From the NCBI GenBank assembly GCA_964230645.1, contig CAXRHT010000003.1:672001-736000 (forward strand): a stretch of DNA of 64,000 nt. Direction: 5' to 3'. The notes below the pieces were generated by a model. It was not told the DNA's origin, did not search any database, and saw only the letters and a program-made list of their open reading frames with translations. This document shows positions 9,682-18,892 of this stretch, piece by piece; position 1 is the first letter of the stretch; each line of letters begins with the position of its first letter. The translations under genes and the position numbers were made by a program. The DNA comes from Bdellovibrionales bacterium (lineage in GTDB: Bacteria > Bdellovibrionota > Bdellovibrionia > Bdellovibrionales > JAGQZY01).

Positions 9682-10647
9682 ATGAGTAAGAAAAAGAAAA
9701 AACTCTCAGATGAACTTCTTGATATGAAGCTGAGCGAATCCGACGACATGAGTTTGGATTCGGCGGCTTTAGATATCGATTTAGACAACGTCGAGCCCGA
9801 TGTTTCTAATGAAGAGGACGAAGGTAAAACCAAGGCCAGTGGCAAAGATCAGACCATTCGTTTAATACACACATCAACAGGTAAACTTCCTCCTTCGCCG
9901 AACAAAGTCGAAGAAAAAAAAGAAATCAATGAGTCAAAGGAGAGTGCTCATAATTATCATGAGGAAGTTAAAGTTTCTTACGGTTTGCCAGCAAAGCAGC
10001 AAGCTCCAAGATCCAACTTTGAAAGTTATGACACTGGAGAAGGACAACTCAAGCAATCTGAGCACTTACGAATCGCTCAACGAAAAATCAACGATTTAGA
10101 GGATGAAGTTTCCAAACTCCGTAGGGAAAACGAAGAGTTAGCTTCGGCCGGTGAAACTTTTCGCAAACTCAACGATGAGTACTATCATGAGATCGAAAAT
10201 CTAAAATCTAAAAGCCAAGATCAAAAGCTAACGGCCAATCAGGAGATCAAGCTTTTAAAACGAATCAATCAAAATAAAGAGAAAAACATCACAGAGCTCA
10301 AGCAGCAAATCGACGAATACAAATCGAGAATTGATAACAATTTCCACCGAGTGCGCAAAAGGGAAAAAGACCTTGAGCATCGCTTGGAAATCGCCAAGAT
10401 CGAAGAAGCCGCCGTGGTGAAAAGTAAGGATCAGTTGATTCTTGATCTTAAGCGAAGAATTGATGAGGTTTCCACCGAATCAGAAAATTTCCGCAAGAAA
10501 AGTCAGGAGAACTATAAGGAGCTGCAGAAAAAGCAACAAGTGGTACGTGGAGTGATTCGAGCCCTAAGAATCGCTCTTACCAAACTAGAAGGGGATGACG
10601 ACAGTGAATACACAAGCGAGATAACAGACAGTGGAATCGATGAATGA
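9682..10647 (+). CDS. Hypothetical coiled-coil protein
   Basis: Acidic disordered N-terminus, long heptad-rich E/K/Q C-terminal half. Confidence 0.75.
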   Translation: MSKKKKKLSDELLDMKLSESDDMSLDSAALDIDLDNVEPDVSNEEDEGKTKASGKDQTIRLIHTSTGKLPPSPNKVEEKKEINESKESAHNYHEEVKVSYGLPAKQQAPRSNFESYDTGEGQLKQSEHLRIAQRKINDLEDEVSKLRRENEELASAGETFRKLNDEYYHEIENLKSKSQDQKLTANQEIKLLKRINQNKEKNITELKQQIDEYKSRIDNNFHRVRKREKDLEHRLEIAKIEEAAVVKSKDQLILDLKRRIDEVSTESENFRKKSQENYKELQKKQQVVRGVIRALRIALTKLEGDDDSEYTSEITDSGIDE

Positions 10648-11947
10648 TCTAAATATTGCTTTGCTTTCGTGCTCTCATCTCACTGAAAGGGTAGAAGAGG
10701 AGTACACGCGCATCTATCAGGTCCAGAACTTGAAGGACTTGGTTCGCCTTCTTATTGAAAAACCAGTGGATCTGGTGATCCTTCCTCAGCATTTTAATGC
10801 TCTCGATAAACTGGGAAAGATTTTCGTTTCTTACAAAGTCCCTTTTATATACGTCCACAGTGGAAAGAATTCTCAGCAATATGTGGAGGACTATCTTCAT
10901 CCTATTGAAAAAGAAGAGCAAATATTATCAACCATTCAGAAGCTAAGGCCTCAAATTGCGCAGCTACGGGTGCAAAGGGAAAACGACAAACTAAAATTTC
11001 TCACGGAAAAAATGGTTCATTTTTCCGACCGAGTGACTCATACTGGTAAGGACCTTTTTATCTCTGAAGTAAAATCCTATTTTAATAGATCTTTTAAAAT
11101 GGAGAGCTGTCACTGGGTTGAGGTAAAGGCGGGGTCGTCTAAACTTCCTCCTATATTAAAACTAAAACAAGAACTGGAAAAACTAAAAATTGATCAAGGC
11201 GCCCTGATTGCCGATCTGGAGAAATGCTCTTTAGAAATTGTTAAAGAGGAGAATTTTCAAATTTGGAAAAACTCTCAAGGTGACTACTTGGTAATGGTCT
11301 GGTTGGCTCATGAGGACCACCTCAGTCAGTGTTTAATTCTCAATAAAGTAAAGATACGCAATCAAAAAAACTTTAAAGAATTAATGCAAAATCTTCATTC
11401 CTTTTTACAAAGGCGCTGGAATATCTGCCTTCAAGTCGGCGAAACACTCAAACAGGTTTATCGTGACAGTCTCACCGATCTTTATAACCAGCGTTTTTTA
11501 ACAGAAACCCTGGCTAAGAAGATTGAGGAATATAAGCGCTACAACACTCCTTTTTCAGTTCTATTCATCGATGTGGATCATTTCAAGAGAGTGAATGATT
11601 CTCTCGGTCACCTAATTGGATCTGGTGTACTAAAAGAGCTGGGGGACCTGCTGAAAAGGCAGATTAGGAACTCAGACTACGCCTTTCGTTATGGTGGGGA
11701 TGAATTTATCATTCTTTTGAGTCATACTGAAGGTCAGGACGCTGTGAACGTGGCCGAACGTATCCGGCGAGAAGTGGAAAATTTCCCATTCAAACAGCAG
11801 GGGATTCAGGTTCGAATCACTGTCAGTATTGGACTCGCCTTTTACCCGAAGCACGCTCAGTCGGCTGAAGAAATAATTAGAATCGCTGATGAAGCGATGT
11901 ATTACGGTAAAAATAAAAGTCGAAATATTGTATACAAAGCAAGTTAA
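10631..11947 (+). CDS. Diguanylate cyclase (GGDEF)
   Basis: DSLTDLYN, FIDVDHFKRVND, RNSD I-site, intact RYGGDEF. Confidence 0.92.
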   Translation: MESMNDLNIALLSCSHLTERVEEEYTRIYQVQNLKDLVRLLIEKPVDLVILPQHFNALDKLGKIFVSYKVPFIYVHSGKNSQQYVEDYLHPIEKEEQILSTIQKLRPQIAQLRVQRENDKLKFLTEKMVHFSDRVTHTGKDLFISEVKSYFNRSFKMESCHWVEVKAGSSKLPPILKLKQELEKLKIDQGALIADLEKCSLEIVKEENFQIWKNSQGDYLVMVWLAHEDHLSQCLILNKVKIRNQKNFKELMQNLHSFLQRRWNICLQVGETLKQVYRDSLTDLYNQRFLTETLAKKIEEYKRYNTPFSVLFIDVDHFKRVNDSLGHLIGSGVLKELGDLLKRQIRNSDYAFRYGGDEFIILLSHTEGQDAVNVAERIRREVENFPFKQQGIQVRITVSIGLAFYPKHAQSAEEIIRIADEAMYYGKNKSRNIVYKAS

Positions 11948-13029
11948 TGAAAAAGAAGATCAAGCTCATAGTTAGTGATATGCACCTCGGAAAAGGCAAA
12001 GTCCTTGAAAATGGCTCTGTGAACCGTTTTGAGGAGTTCTTCTTTGGTGAAAAGTTCGCAGAGCTTCTCGACTACTACACTTCCGGTCAGTTTCGTGATT
12101 ACTCAGTCGAGTTAATTATTAATGGCGATTTTCTGAACTTCTTGCAGGTGGACTATAAGGGCCATTTTCTTACGGTTTTTACTGAGGACGTTTCTCTTGA
12201 AATTTTAAAAGACATCGTTGATGGGCAGCCGGAGGTATTCGAAGCCCTCAGGCAGTTTACTGCTAAAGAGGATAATCTGGTCACCTATGTCGTTGGGAAC
12301 CACGATCAAGCGATGCTGTGGCCCAAATTGCGCTCCTATCTTAATGAGATCGTTGGAGTCCCCATCCGTTATAAAAGTATCGTGCACTATTTTGATGGCA
12401 TCCATGTGGAGCATGGTCATATGTACGAAGCGGCCAACAGAATCGATCCTAAAAAATTCTTTTTGAAGCGGGATCTTCCAGTGCCCATTCTCAATCTTCC
12501 CTTTGGGTCTCACTTCTTTGTAGATTTCGTTATGAAGATTAAAGAGAAGCACCCCCATATCGATAAAATTCGTCCCTTTCGACTTTTGGTTCGATGGGCC
12601 ATAGTGAATGAGTTTTGGTTCACCTTGAAAAGCCTTTTTGCGCTGATTGCCTATTTCGCAAAGTCTGCTCTTTTGAGTGACCCGAGAAGACAGTTTCCCT
12701 TTAGTCGTATTTTGAAGGTCTTTTTAGAAAGTGCCATTTTTCCAGATCTCAGTGATTCAGCAAAAAAAATTCTCAACGACGAAAGAGTGCATACCGTAAT
12801 TTTTGGTCATACTCACGTTTATCTCTACCGTCAGTGGAGTCGGGACAAAGAGTATTTTAATACAGGTACCTGGACCGAGCTCACCTCCCTTGATGTCAGC
12901 TCCCTTGGAAAGATTACAAAGCTCACCTACGTGCTCGTCGAGTACCCTGAGAATGCTGAGCGCCCGTTCTGTCGACTTAAAGAGTGGAAGGGCTATCACA
13001 GGATTGAAGAAGACGTAGTCATTGCCTAA
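11947..13029 (+). CDS. Calcineurin-like metallophosphoesterase
   Basis: SDMH, NGDF, GNHD, EHGH, FGHTH motifs; start overlaps the upstream stop (TAATG). Confidence 0.88.
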   Translation: MKKKIKLIVSDMHLGKGKVLENGSVNRFEEFFFGEKFAELLDYYTSGQFRDYSVELIINGDFLNFLQVDYKGHFLTVFTEDVSLEILKDIVDGQPEVFEALRQFTAKEDNLVTYVVGNHDQAMLWPKLRSYLNEIVGVPIRYKSIVHYFDGIHVEHGHMYEAANRIDPKKFFLKRDLPVPILNLPFGSHFFVDFVMKIKEKHPHIDKIRPFRLLVRWAIVNEFWFTLKSLFALIAYFAKSALLSDPRRQFPFSRILKVFLESAIFPDLSDSAKKILNDERVHTVIFGHTHVYLYRQWSRDKEYFNTGTWTELTSLDVSSLGKITKLTYVLVEYPENAERPFCRLKEWKGYHRIEEDVVIA

Positions 13030-13097
13030 TTCCGACAAATTTCGTAGAACTAGACTCTAATAAAACACCTAGAATTATTTGGATAAAAAAGGATTCA

Positions 13098-14321
13098 TTG
13101 ATGTGGAAGATCAGCTCTCCAGAACCCATGGACATATCTCTTCAAGATGAAGTGAGCGAAGCCTTTGAAGCTCTTTTAAAAAGAGAAGATCTGGGTTTCT
13201 TTCAAATGGATCTGATGAAAAAGTCTATCACAGACACAAAAGGAGCCTCCCCATTTTTAAAAAATAAAAAGGGGCTTGTGGTCATTGGCCTTGGGGGGAG
13301 TTCCCTCGGAACGAAAGCCATCAGTGCCGCTCTTTGCCCGGGCCAAACTCGGCTACACTTCCTCGATAATGTTGATGGTCAAAGCCTCGATCAGTTTCTA
13401 GAGGCTCTTGATGAACCGGAAAGTTGGGGCTGGGTTCTTTGTTCAAAAAGTGGTGGAACCATCGAGGTTACGACCCTTTTTGACTACTGCTATTTGTGGT
13501 TAAAAGAGAAACATAATATTTCCATCCTTGAAAACACCCTGGTTGTCACTGAGGAGAAGCCAAGTCTTCTTTTTGATTTAGCAAAAAAGGAGAAACTTCC
13601 ACTTCTGCCTATGCCAAAAAATATTGGAGGGCGCTTTTCGGTTTTCACTTCTGTTGGTCTTTTTCCACTGTCCTTTTTGGAGCTGAATTTAAATAAATTT
13701 TATGCAGGTTTTGAAGCCTGTTTGAATGAAAAAAAATTAGTTATCGAATTGGCGACGCGTCTCATGACATCAGTACAAAAGCAAGATCAAAGCCTTTACT
13801 TCTTCCAGTACTCTGATCAACTCACTCAGTGGTCATTATGGCTGCAACAACTTTTATCAGAATCATTAGGAAAAAAACAAACTCGCGATTCTGGACAAGC
13901 TCCTAACTTTCCCACAGTCGTCCCTTGTCGAGGCGCTTCGGATCAACACTCCGTCCTTCAGCAAATTATTGAAGGTCCCCAAAAAAACTTTTGCTGCTTT
14001 CATCGTGTCGAAAGCTCAGAAGTTTCCATGAAAACTATCAAAGAGTCTCTTTTCGGTGAGTCTCTACTCATTGGAAAGAGTCCTGGTGAGCTTTTAGGGG
14101 TGGAGGCCGAGGCTACCCAAAAGGCCATGACCGAGTCTCAAATCCCTACAATGGTCCTTAAAACACAGAAATTAGATGAAGAATCTCTGGGCTATTTAAT
14201 GGCGGCTTGGATGCTCTCTACAGGGGTTTTAGGCGAGATGATGAATATAAACGCCTTTGACCAGCCAGGAGTCGAGTCCGGGAAATCCATTGCTCGTCGT
14301 GTTTTGAGTCAAGTCAATTGA
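13098..14321 (+). CDS. pgi: Glucose-6-phosphate isomerase (short form)
   Basis: GLGGSSLG, SKSGGT.E, IGGRFSV, ESLGK, DQHS, FDQPGVE.GK. Confidence 0.9.
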   Translation: MMWKISSPEPMDISLQDEVSEAFEALLKREDLGFFQMDLMKKSITDTKGASPFLKNKKGLVVIGLGGSSLGTKAISAALCPGQTRLHFLDNVDGQSLDQFLEALDEPESWGWVLCSKSGGTIEVTTLFDYCYLWLKEKHNISILENTLVVTEEKPSLLFDLAKKEKLPLLPMPKNIGGRFSVFTSVGLFPLSFLELNLNKFYAGFEACLNEKKLVIELATRLMTSVQKQDQSLYFFQYSDQLTQWSLWLQQLLSESLGKKQTRDSGQAPNFPTVVPCRGASDQHSVLQQIIEGPQKNFCCFHRVESSEVSMKTIKESLFGESLLIGKSPGELLGVEAEATQKAMTESQIPTMVLKTQKLDEESLGYLMAAWMLSTGVLGEMMNINAFDQPGVESGKSIARRVLSQVN

Positions 14322-14352
14322 GTTCCCCTATAAAAGCACCTATCATTTCTAT

Positions 14353-15315
14353 ATGGGTGACAGTAAGAAATTAGAAGAATTTTTTGACGACTTTGAAACA
14401 AACACCGAGGAGAAGACCTCGATCGTTCAAGGCGGAACTTTTTCTAAGCGTATGCAACAAGCTGAAAAAGTTCCACCCAGCCTCGTGCTTTTGATGGGGC
14501 CGGCTGGTTATGTCAGTCGTCAATGGACGATTGATAACTCCGATATCATTATTGGTCGTTCCATGACATCTTCTATTTTTATTGATGATCGCAGTGTTTC
14601 AAAATCCCATGCAAAGCTCACCGTTTCTTTTGGTGAAGTGGCTATCATTGATCTTGATTCCACCAATAAGACTGTTGTCAATGGTACAGCCATTCCACCT
14701 TTTGTTCCCAAGAAATTAGAGAATAATGACCAAGTGAAAATTGGAAATGTCCTTTTCAAATATTTAGAAGAGGGAAGTATCGAGGCAGCCGCCCATCAAA
14801 ATCTACAATTAAAAAGTGAGAAAGATCCGCTCACAAAAATTTGGAACAAAGGGGCCTTACTTCTTAAGGGGCCGGAGTTCTTTAAAAGAGCGAAGCTTTT
14901 AGAGGTACCTTTGAGCCTTCTCGTTTTTGATTTGGACCATTTTAAAAAAGTGAATGATAACTTTAGTCACCAAGCCGGTGATTACGTTTTAGAAGAAACG
15001 GCGAAAATTATCCAATCAAAGCTTATTAGAAATGACGACTACTTCGCAAGATTTGGTGGAGAAGAGTTTGTGATTCTTCTTTTTGGCTCCAATATCCAAC
15101 AAGCTGAAGAGATTGGCGAGCGCATCCGCGCCACTATTGATAAGCATCAGTTTGTTTTCGAAAACGAAGAGCTCCCTGTCACTGTTTCCATTGGAATCAG
15201 CAGCCAAGAAGAAAAAATGGCTTCCTTTGATGAGCTTTTCGCTAAGGCTGATTCGGCTCTTTACGCCTCGAAGAACTCTGGGCGCAATCGTGTCACTGTG
15301 TTAAAGTCAGAGTAG
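14353..15315 (+). CDS. dgcB: FHA-GGDEF diguanylate cyclase, DgcB-like
   Basis: N-terminal EKTSIV tail, FHA domain (IGR, SKSHA, STNKT), GGEEF cyclase; architecture of Bdellovibrio DgcB. Confidence 0.85.
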   Translation: MGDSKKLEEFFDDFETNTEEKTSIVQGGTFSKRMQQAEKVPPSLVLLMGPAGYVSRQWTIDNSDIIIGRSMTSSIFIDDRSVSKSHAKLTVSFGEVAIIDLDSTNKTVVNGTAIPPFVPKKLENNDQVKIGNVLFKYLEEGSIEAAAHQNLQLKSEKDPLTKIWNKGALLLKGPEFFKRAKLLEVPLSLLVFDLDHFKKVNDNFSHQAGDYVLEETAKIIQSKLIRNDDYFARFGGEEFVILLFGSNIQQAEEIGERIRATIDKHQFVFENEELPVTVSIGISSQEEKMASFDELFAKADSALYASKNSGRNRVTVLKSE

Positions 15316-15482
15316 TCGTTGCTGTTGAATGAAAACTCTTGAGTCTTATTTAGGGCAGCAATCTTAATAACTTTGCCTCCCTTTAGCTTCCTCATCAAAT
15401 CTCTTCCAACTAAAAGATGAATATATCCTAAAACCAGCGAAATTCCTAGAATCCAAAAAGTTAATTTTTTTAGCTTCTTCAT
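15261..15482 (-). CDS. Small hypothetical membrane protein
   Basis: Basic N-terminus plus one TM helix, AAGGG RBS, directly downstream of the lyase gene; overlaps the dgcB 3' end. Confidence 0.4.
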   Translation of the reverse strand: MKKLKKLTFWILGISLVLGYIHLLVGRDLMRKLKGGKVIKIAALNKTQEFSFNSNDYSDFNTVTRLRPEFFEA

Positions 15483-15502
15483 GAGTTTTCCCTTTTAGAG
15501 AG

Positions 15503-16564
15503 TTAAAATTTTTGGAAAATTTCTATGTTATCAATGTCGATATGAGTGTCGGTTTCTGAGGCGAAGCTTAGATCATCTTGAGGGCCGCCACTGAATAGGG
15601 AGAAGAAAAAAGTTTCGATATTAAAGCTATTGTCGTAGCGAAAGAACATATCAACATCCAGCACTTTAACACCTTCTACCCAAATTTTTACCTTACCGTC
15701 TTTCATTCCAGGAGTATTCATCTTCACGTAGATAGAAATATTTCGCCACTGGCCTTGGAGGTCTTCGACGTTTATAAAAGAGTCATCGGCTTTCTGCCAA
15801 AAAAACTCCTGACCGTAAGGAGCTCTGGTACTTTCGGGATGATAAATATAGGAAACAAAACGAGCTTCACCACTGGTTCTCCACCAGTTCGTGCGCACAG
15901 AAAACCCATTGAAACCATCAGCACCATTTCCGCCGGTCACACCATGATGAGGCTTTGAGGGATTACTCGTTCCTCCAACCAACCCGAGCACTTTTCCTCC
16001 CTTTAAGTCAGGAGCAAAGCTATTCGGTAATCGAATACTATAATTTAAAACCGCTTCGTTCGTATTGGGAATGTCAATCTGAAATTGAGTTCCTGTGGTC
16101 TGAGTGCCAGCCTGATTGCGGGGGATCTCGATTCGTAAAAACTTCTCAGAATTTTCGTTAATGAACTTTACCCTTTGGGGATCGATTGTCTGCCACATAA
16201 TAGATGTTTCTTGTGTTTCAAAATCCTGCTCAAACATATTGAGACTGTAGCTAGAGGAATTAGAGTGGGAGTTAAAATTCTGAGAAAAGGTCTTTTCAAA
16301 AGTCGAAATTAAAGTGTTGAGTTCTTCGTAGGGGAGGGACAGATCTTCAATCTTTGGTTGAGCGGGATCTGGTTCTGTTTGCGGCCGAGGTTGTTCTCCT
16401 GAGGGGGAGTTCTCACTTTGTTCAGAACTATTAATTCCACTTCCAAGAAAATCTTTTTTTTCAAACTGACCGCTACAATTTTGGAAGACTATCAAGAGAA
16501 TCAACAGAGATAGTAGTGAGAAAGATATTTTGAATCTGAATTTGTGAAATAGATTACGCCACAC
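15503..16564 (-). CDS. Polysaccharide lyase (PL14-like) lipoprotein
   Basis: FQNC lipobox-like signal; KGGKVLGLVGG, GFSVRTNW, SYIYHP, NTPGMKDGKVKIWV, FFFSLFSGG match PL14-type lyases. Confidence 0.72.
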   Translation of the reverse strand: MWRNLFHKFRFKISFSLLSLLILLIVFQNCSGQFEKKDFLGSGINSSEQSENSPSGEQPRPQTEPDPAQPKIEDLSLPYEELNTLISTFEKTFSQNFNSHSNSSSYSLNMFEQDFETQETSIMWQTIDPQRVKFINENSEKFLRIEIPRNQAGTQTTGTQFQIDIPNTNEAVLNYSIRLPNSFAPDLKGGKVLGLVGGTSNPSKPHHGVTGGNGADGFNGFSVRTNWWRTSGEARFVSYIYHPESTRAPYGQEFFWQKADDSFINVEDLQGQWRNISIYVKMNTPGMKDGKVKIWVEGVKVLDVDMFFRYDNSFNIETFFFSLFSGGPQDDLSFASETDTHIDIDNIEIFQKF

Positions 16565-16788
16565 CTTGTCCCCCGATACCTGAGTATAATTTTAGCATCT
16601 CAGGGTCTAGAAACAACACTCTGTGAGAAACTATTTTAAATTGAGATAGCCATGGCTCGAAATACTTAAAAATACTCTCTCGAAATACAAAATTCTTTCT
16701 TTTTCAATCTCAATACGAGATATTTAGTTTATCTTTCGTTGAAATGACCGATAGGTAAGTGTTCTAGCAGAGTTGAGGATGTGTTGAT

Positions 16789-17925
16789 ATGGCTTCACGA
16801 AGAAAATTCCTAATTCGATTGTGCCAAGCGAGCTTTTCTTTTGGGCTCTTTGCTAAAAAAGCATTGGCTCAGACCATTCCCTTTTCTTTCATGCAAACTT
16901 TACAGTCTCAGGAAGCGGGCACTTATTATTGGGGCTACTGGGGAGGCGACACACCGTTAAATCAAGACTACGATGGAAATAATGTGTTGAACGTAGCTAC
17001 CGGAAGCTCCCACCGTTTACGTGTTACGACGAATGGTGACCTCTACGCTAGGGGTGGGAATACTTACGGAGCTATTGGGGATGGAACGACTTCCTATCGA
17101 GGAAGTTGGGTTCTCGTTGACTCGTCTGAAGATTGGAAGGAAGTTCATGCTGCTTCCAATGCCTCATTTGGAATTCGCAATGATAACTCACTTTGGGCAT
17201 GGGGAAGAAACAATACCGGACAGCTGGGTGATAACACATTAATTCACCGATCTTCCCCCGTTCAGATTTCCTCCTTTACAGACTGGTCCCATTTTAGTTC
17301 GAGTGCAACTCATCGCTTGGGAGTGAGATCCAATGGAACATTGTGGGCCTGGGGGGCGAATGCGAGCGGCCAGCTCGGCGATGGAACACTGGTTGCGAAA
17401 AGCTCCCCTGTTCAAGTCGGTACGGACACGGACTGGGCTTTTGCTGCGGCTGGAAGTTCCTTTTCTTTGGCGATTAAAACAAACGGAAGTTTGTATGCCT
17501 GGGGGAACAACTCCAGTGGACAACACGGTACAGATAATCTCGTTTCGACTTCTTTGCCTGTCCAAGTGGGCTCGGACACTTTTTGGTCGAAAGCCGCGGC
17601 CGGAGATAATTCGAGTGCAGCGATTCGAACCGATGGCTCCCTATGGACCTGGGGTGGCAACTCCTACGGGGAACTAGGCGATAATACAACGACGAGTAAA
17701 TCAAGTCCGGTGCAAGTAGGGACGGACACGGACTGGCAACTGGTTGAGATGGGTAATCTTGCTACCTTAGCAATTAAAACCAATGCTCAGCTGTGGGGCT
17801 GGGGATTTCGCTACCAAAATGGTCATGGCTTTGTGACCTACAGCCAACCTGTTCAAGTAGGGACAGGGTCGAATTGGCGACAGGTGAGATCAATGGGGCA
17901 GGTGTTTGTTGGTTATCGAAAATAG
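16789..17925 (+). CDS. Tat-exported RCC1-repeat beta-propeller protein
   Basis: SRRKFL twin-arginine signal ending ALA-Q; about 7 repeats of about 50 aa (LWAWG.N..GQLGD.T....SSPVQVG). Confidence 0.9.
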   Translation: MASRRKFLIRLCQASFSFGLFAKKALAQTIPFSFMQTLQSQEAGTYYWGYWGGDTPLNQDYDGNNVLNVATGSSHRLRVTTNGDLYARGGNTYGAIGDGTTSYRGSWVLVDSSEDWKEVHAASNASFGIRNDNSLWAWGRNNTGQLGDNTLIHRSSPVQISSFTDWSHFSSSATHRLGVRSNGTLWAWGANASGQLGDGTLVAKSSPVQVGTDTDWAFAAAGSSFSLAIKTNGSLYAWGNNSSGQHGTDNLVSTSLPVQVGSDTFWSKAAAGDNSSAAIRTDGSLWTWGGNSYGELGDNTTTSKSSPVQVGTDTDWQLVEMGNLATLAIKTNAQLWGWGFRYQNGHGFVTYSQPVQVGTGSNWRQVRSMGQVFVGYRK

Positions 17926-18892
17926 CCCACTAGCTCCGCTTTGTCTTTTTGTATTCCGCCGTCCTGATCACACAAGACGCCTCTGTGAATCACTTCTTAG
18001 GAATCCTCTATTGGGAAAGACACCTATTTATGTTTTTCAAGATGGAGCGAAACAACCCTCAGATAAAACAGATACGGAAATGGTGAAAAAGATCATTGAC
18101 GAAAAACTTTCTGACTTTAAATTCCAGTACTTTCAAAGTCCCTTGAATCAGGGGCTCTCTCGGTCCATTTTAACAGGGCTAGATATGGTGTTTGAAAACC
18201 ATGCCTCGGCTATTGTCCTTGAGGATGACTTAGAGGTTTCTCCGAACTTTCTGGATTTTATGAATGAGGCTCTAAAACAGTATGAAAATGTGGAAAAAGT
18301 TTTTCATATTTCAGCCTACCAATATCCTCTACATAAATGGTTGGATGAGGATATTCACTTTCTCCGAGAACCTAACAGTTGGGGTTGGGGTACTTGGCGG
18401 GAGTCGTGGGAGTTTTTTCAAGAAGATGCGGCTCAACTCCACCAAAAAATTTTGGAGTCTGAGAAAGGCGATTGGTTTACCTATCAAGGTCAATTCGATT
18501 TCCTTTCCGATCTGAAAAATGTATCCGAAGGTAAACTTGATTCTTGGGCTGTGCGATGGTTTGCTTCTATGGTTTTACAAGATGGCTACTCTCTTTATCC
18601 TCAGAGATCCCTCATTAAAAATCATGGCTTTGATGGTTCGGGAGTGAATTGTAATCTTGATGAAACTTTGATTTCAAAGTGCCATGAGTTTAGACCGAAG
18701 AGCTGGCCGACTTTTCAGGGAGAGTCCCACTCTTTCGTTACGGCACTCAGTATTTTTCGTTCTTTTAAAATTAAAAAAGCTTTCCCTTTTTCAGATAAAG
18801 TTTGGGATTGTATAACAAATTACTTTCTTTCTTCTTCTAAGGAGGAAGCGACATCTTCCAATGTTGCCTCCCAAGAGCCAAATTCTTTTTGA
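17906..18892 (+). CDS. GT-A fold glycosyltransferase (family 2-like)
   Basis: APLCLFVFRRPDHT, NQGLSRSI, IVLEDD, SWGWGTW, DSWAVRW, NHGFDGSG. Confidence 0.85.
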   Translation: MLVIENSPLAPLCLFVFRRPDHTRRLCESLLRNPLLGKTPIYVFQDGAKQPSDKTDTEMVKKIIDEKLSDFKFQYFQSPLNQGLSRSILTGLDMVFENHASAIVLEDDLEVSPNFLDFMNEALKQYENVEKVFHISAYQYPLHKWLDEDIHFLREPNSWGWGTWRESWEFFQEDAAQLHQKILESEKGDWFTYQGQFDFLSDLKNVSEGKLDSWAVRWFASMVLQDGYSLYPQRSLIKNHGFDGSGVNCNLDETLISKCHEFRPKSWPTFQGESHSFVTALSIFRSFKIKKAFPFSDKVWDCITNYFLSSSKEEATSSNVASQEPNSF

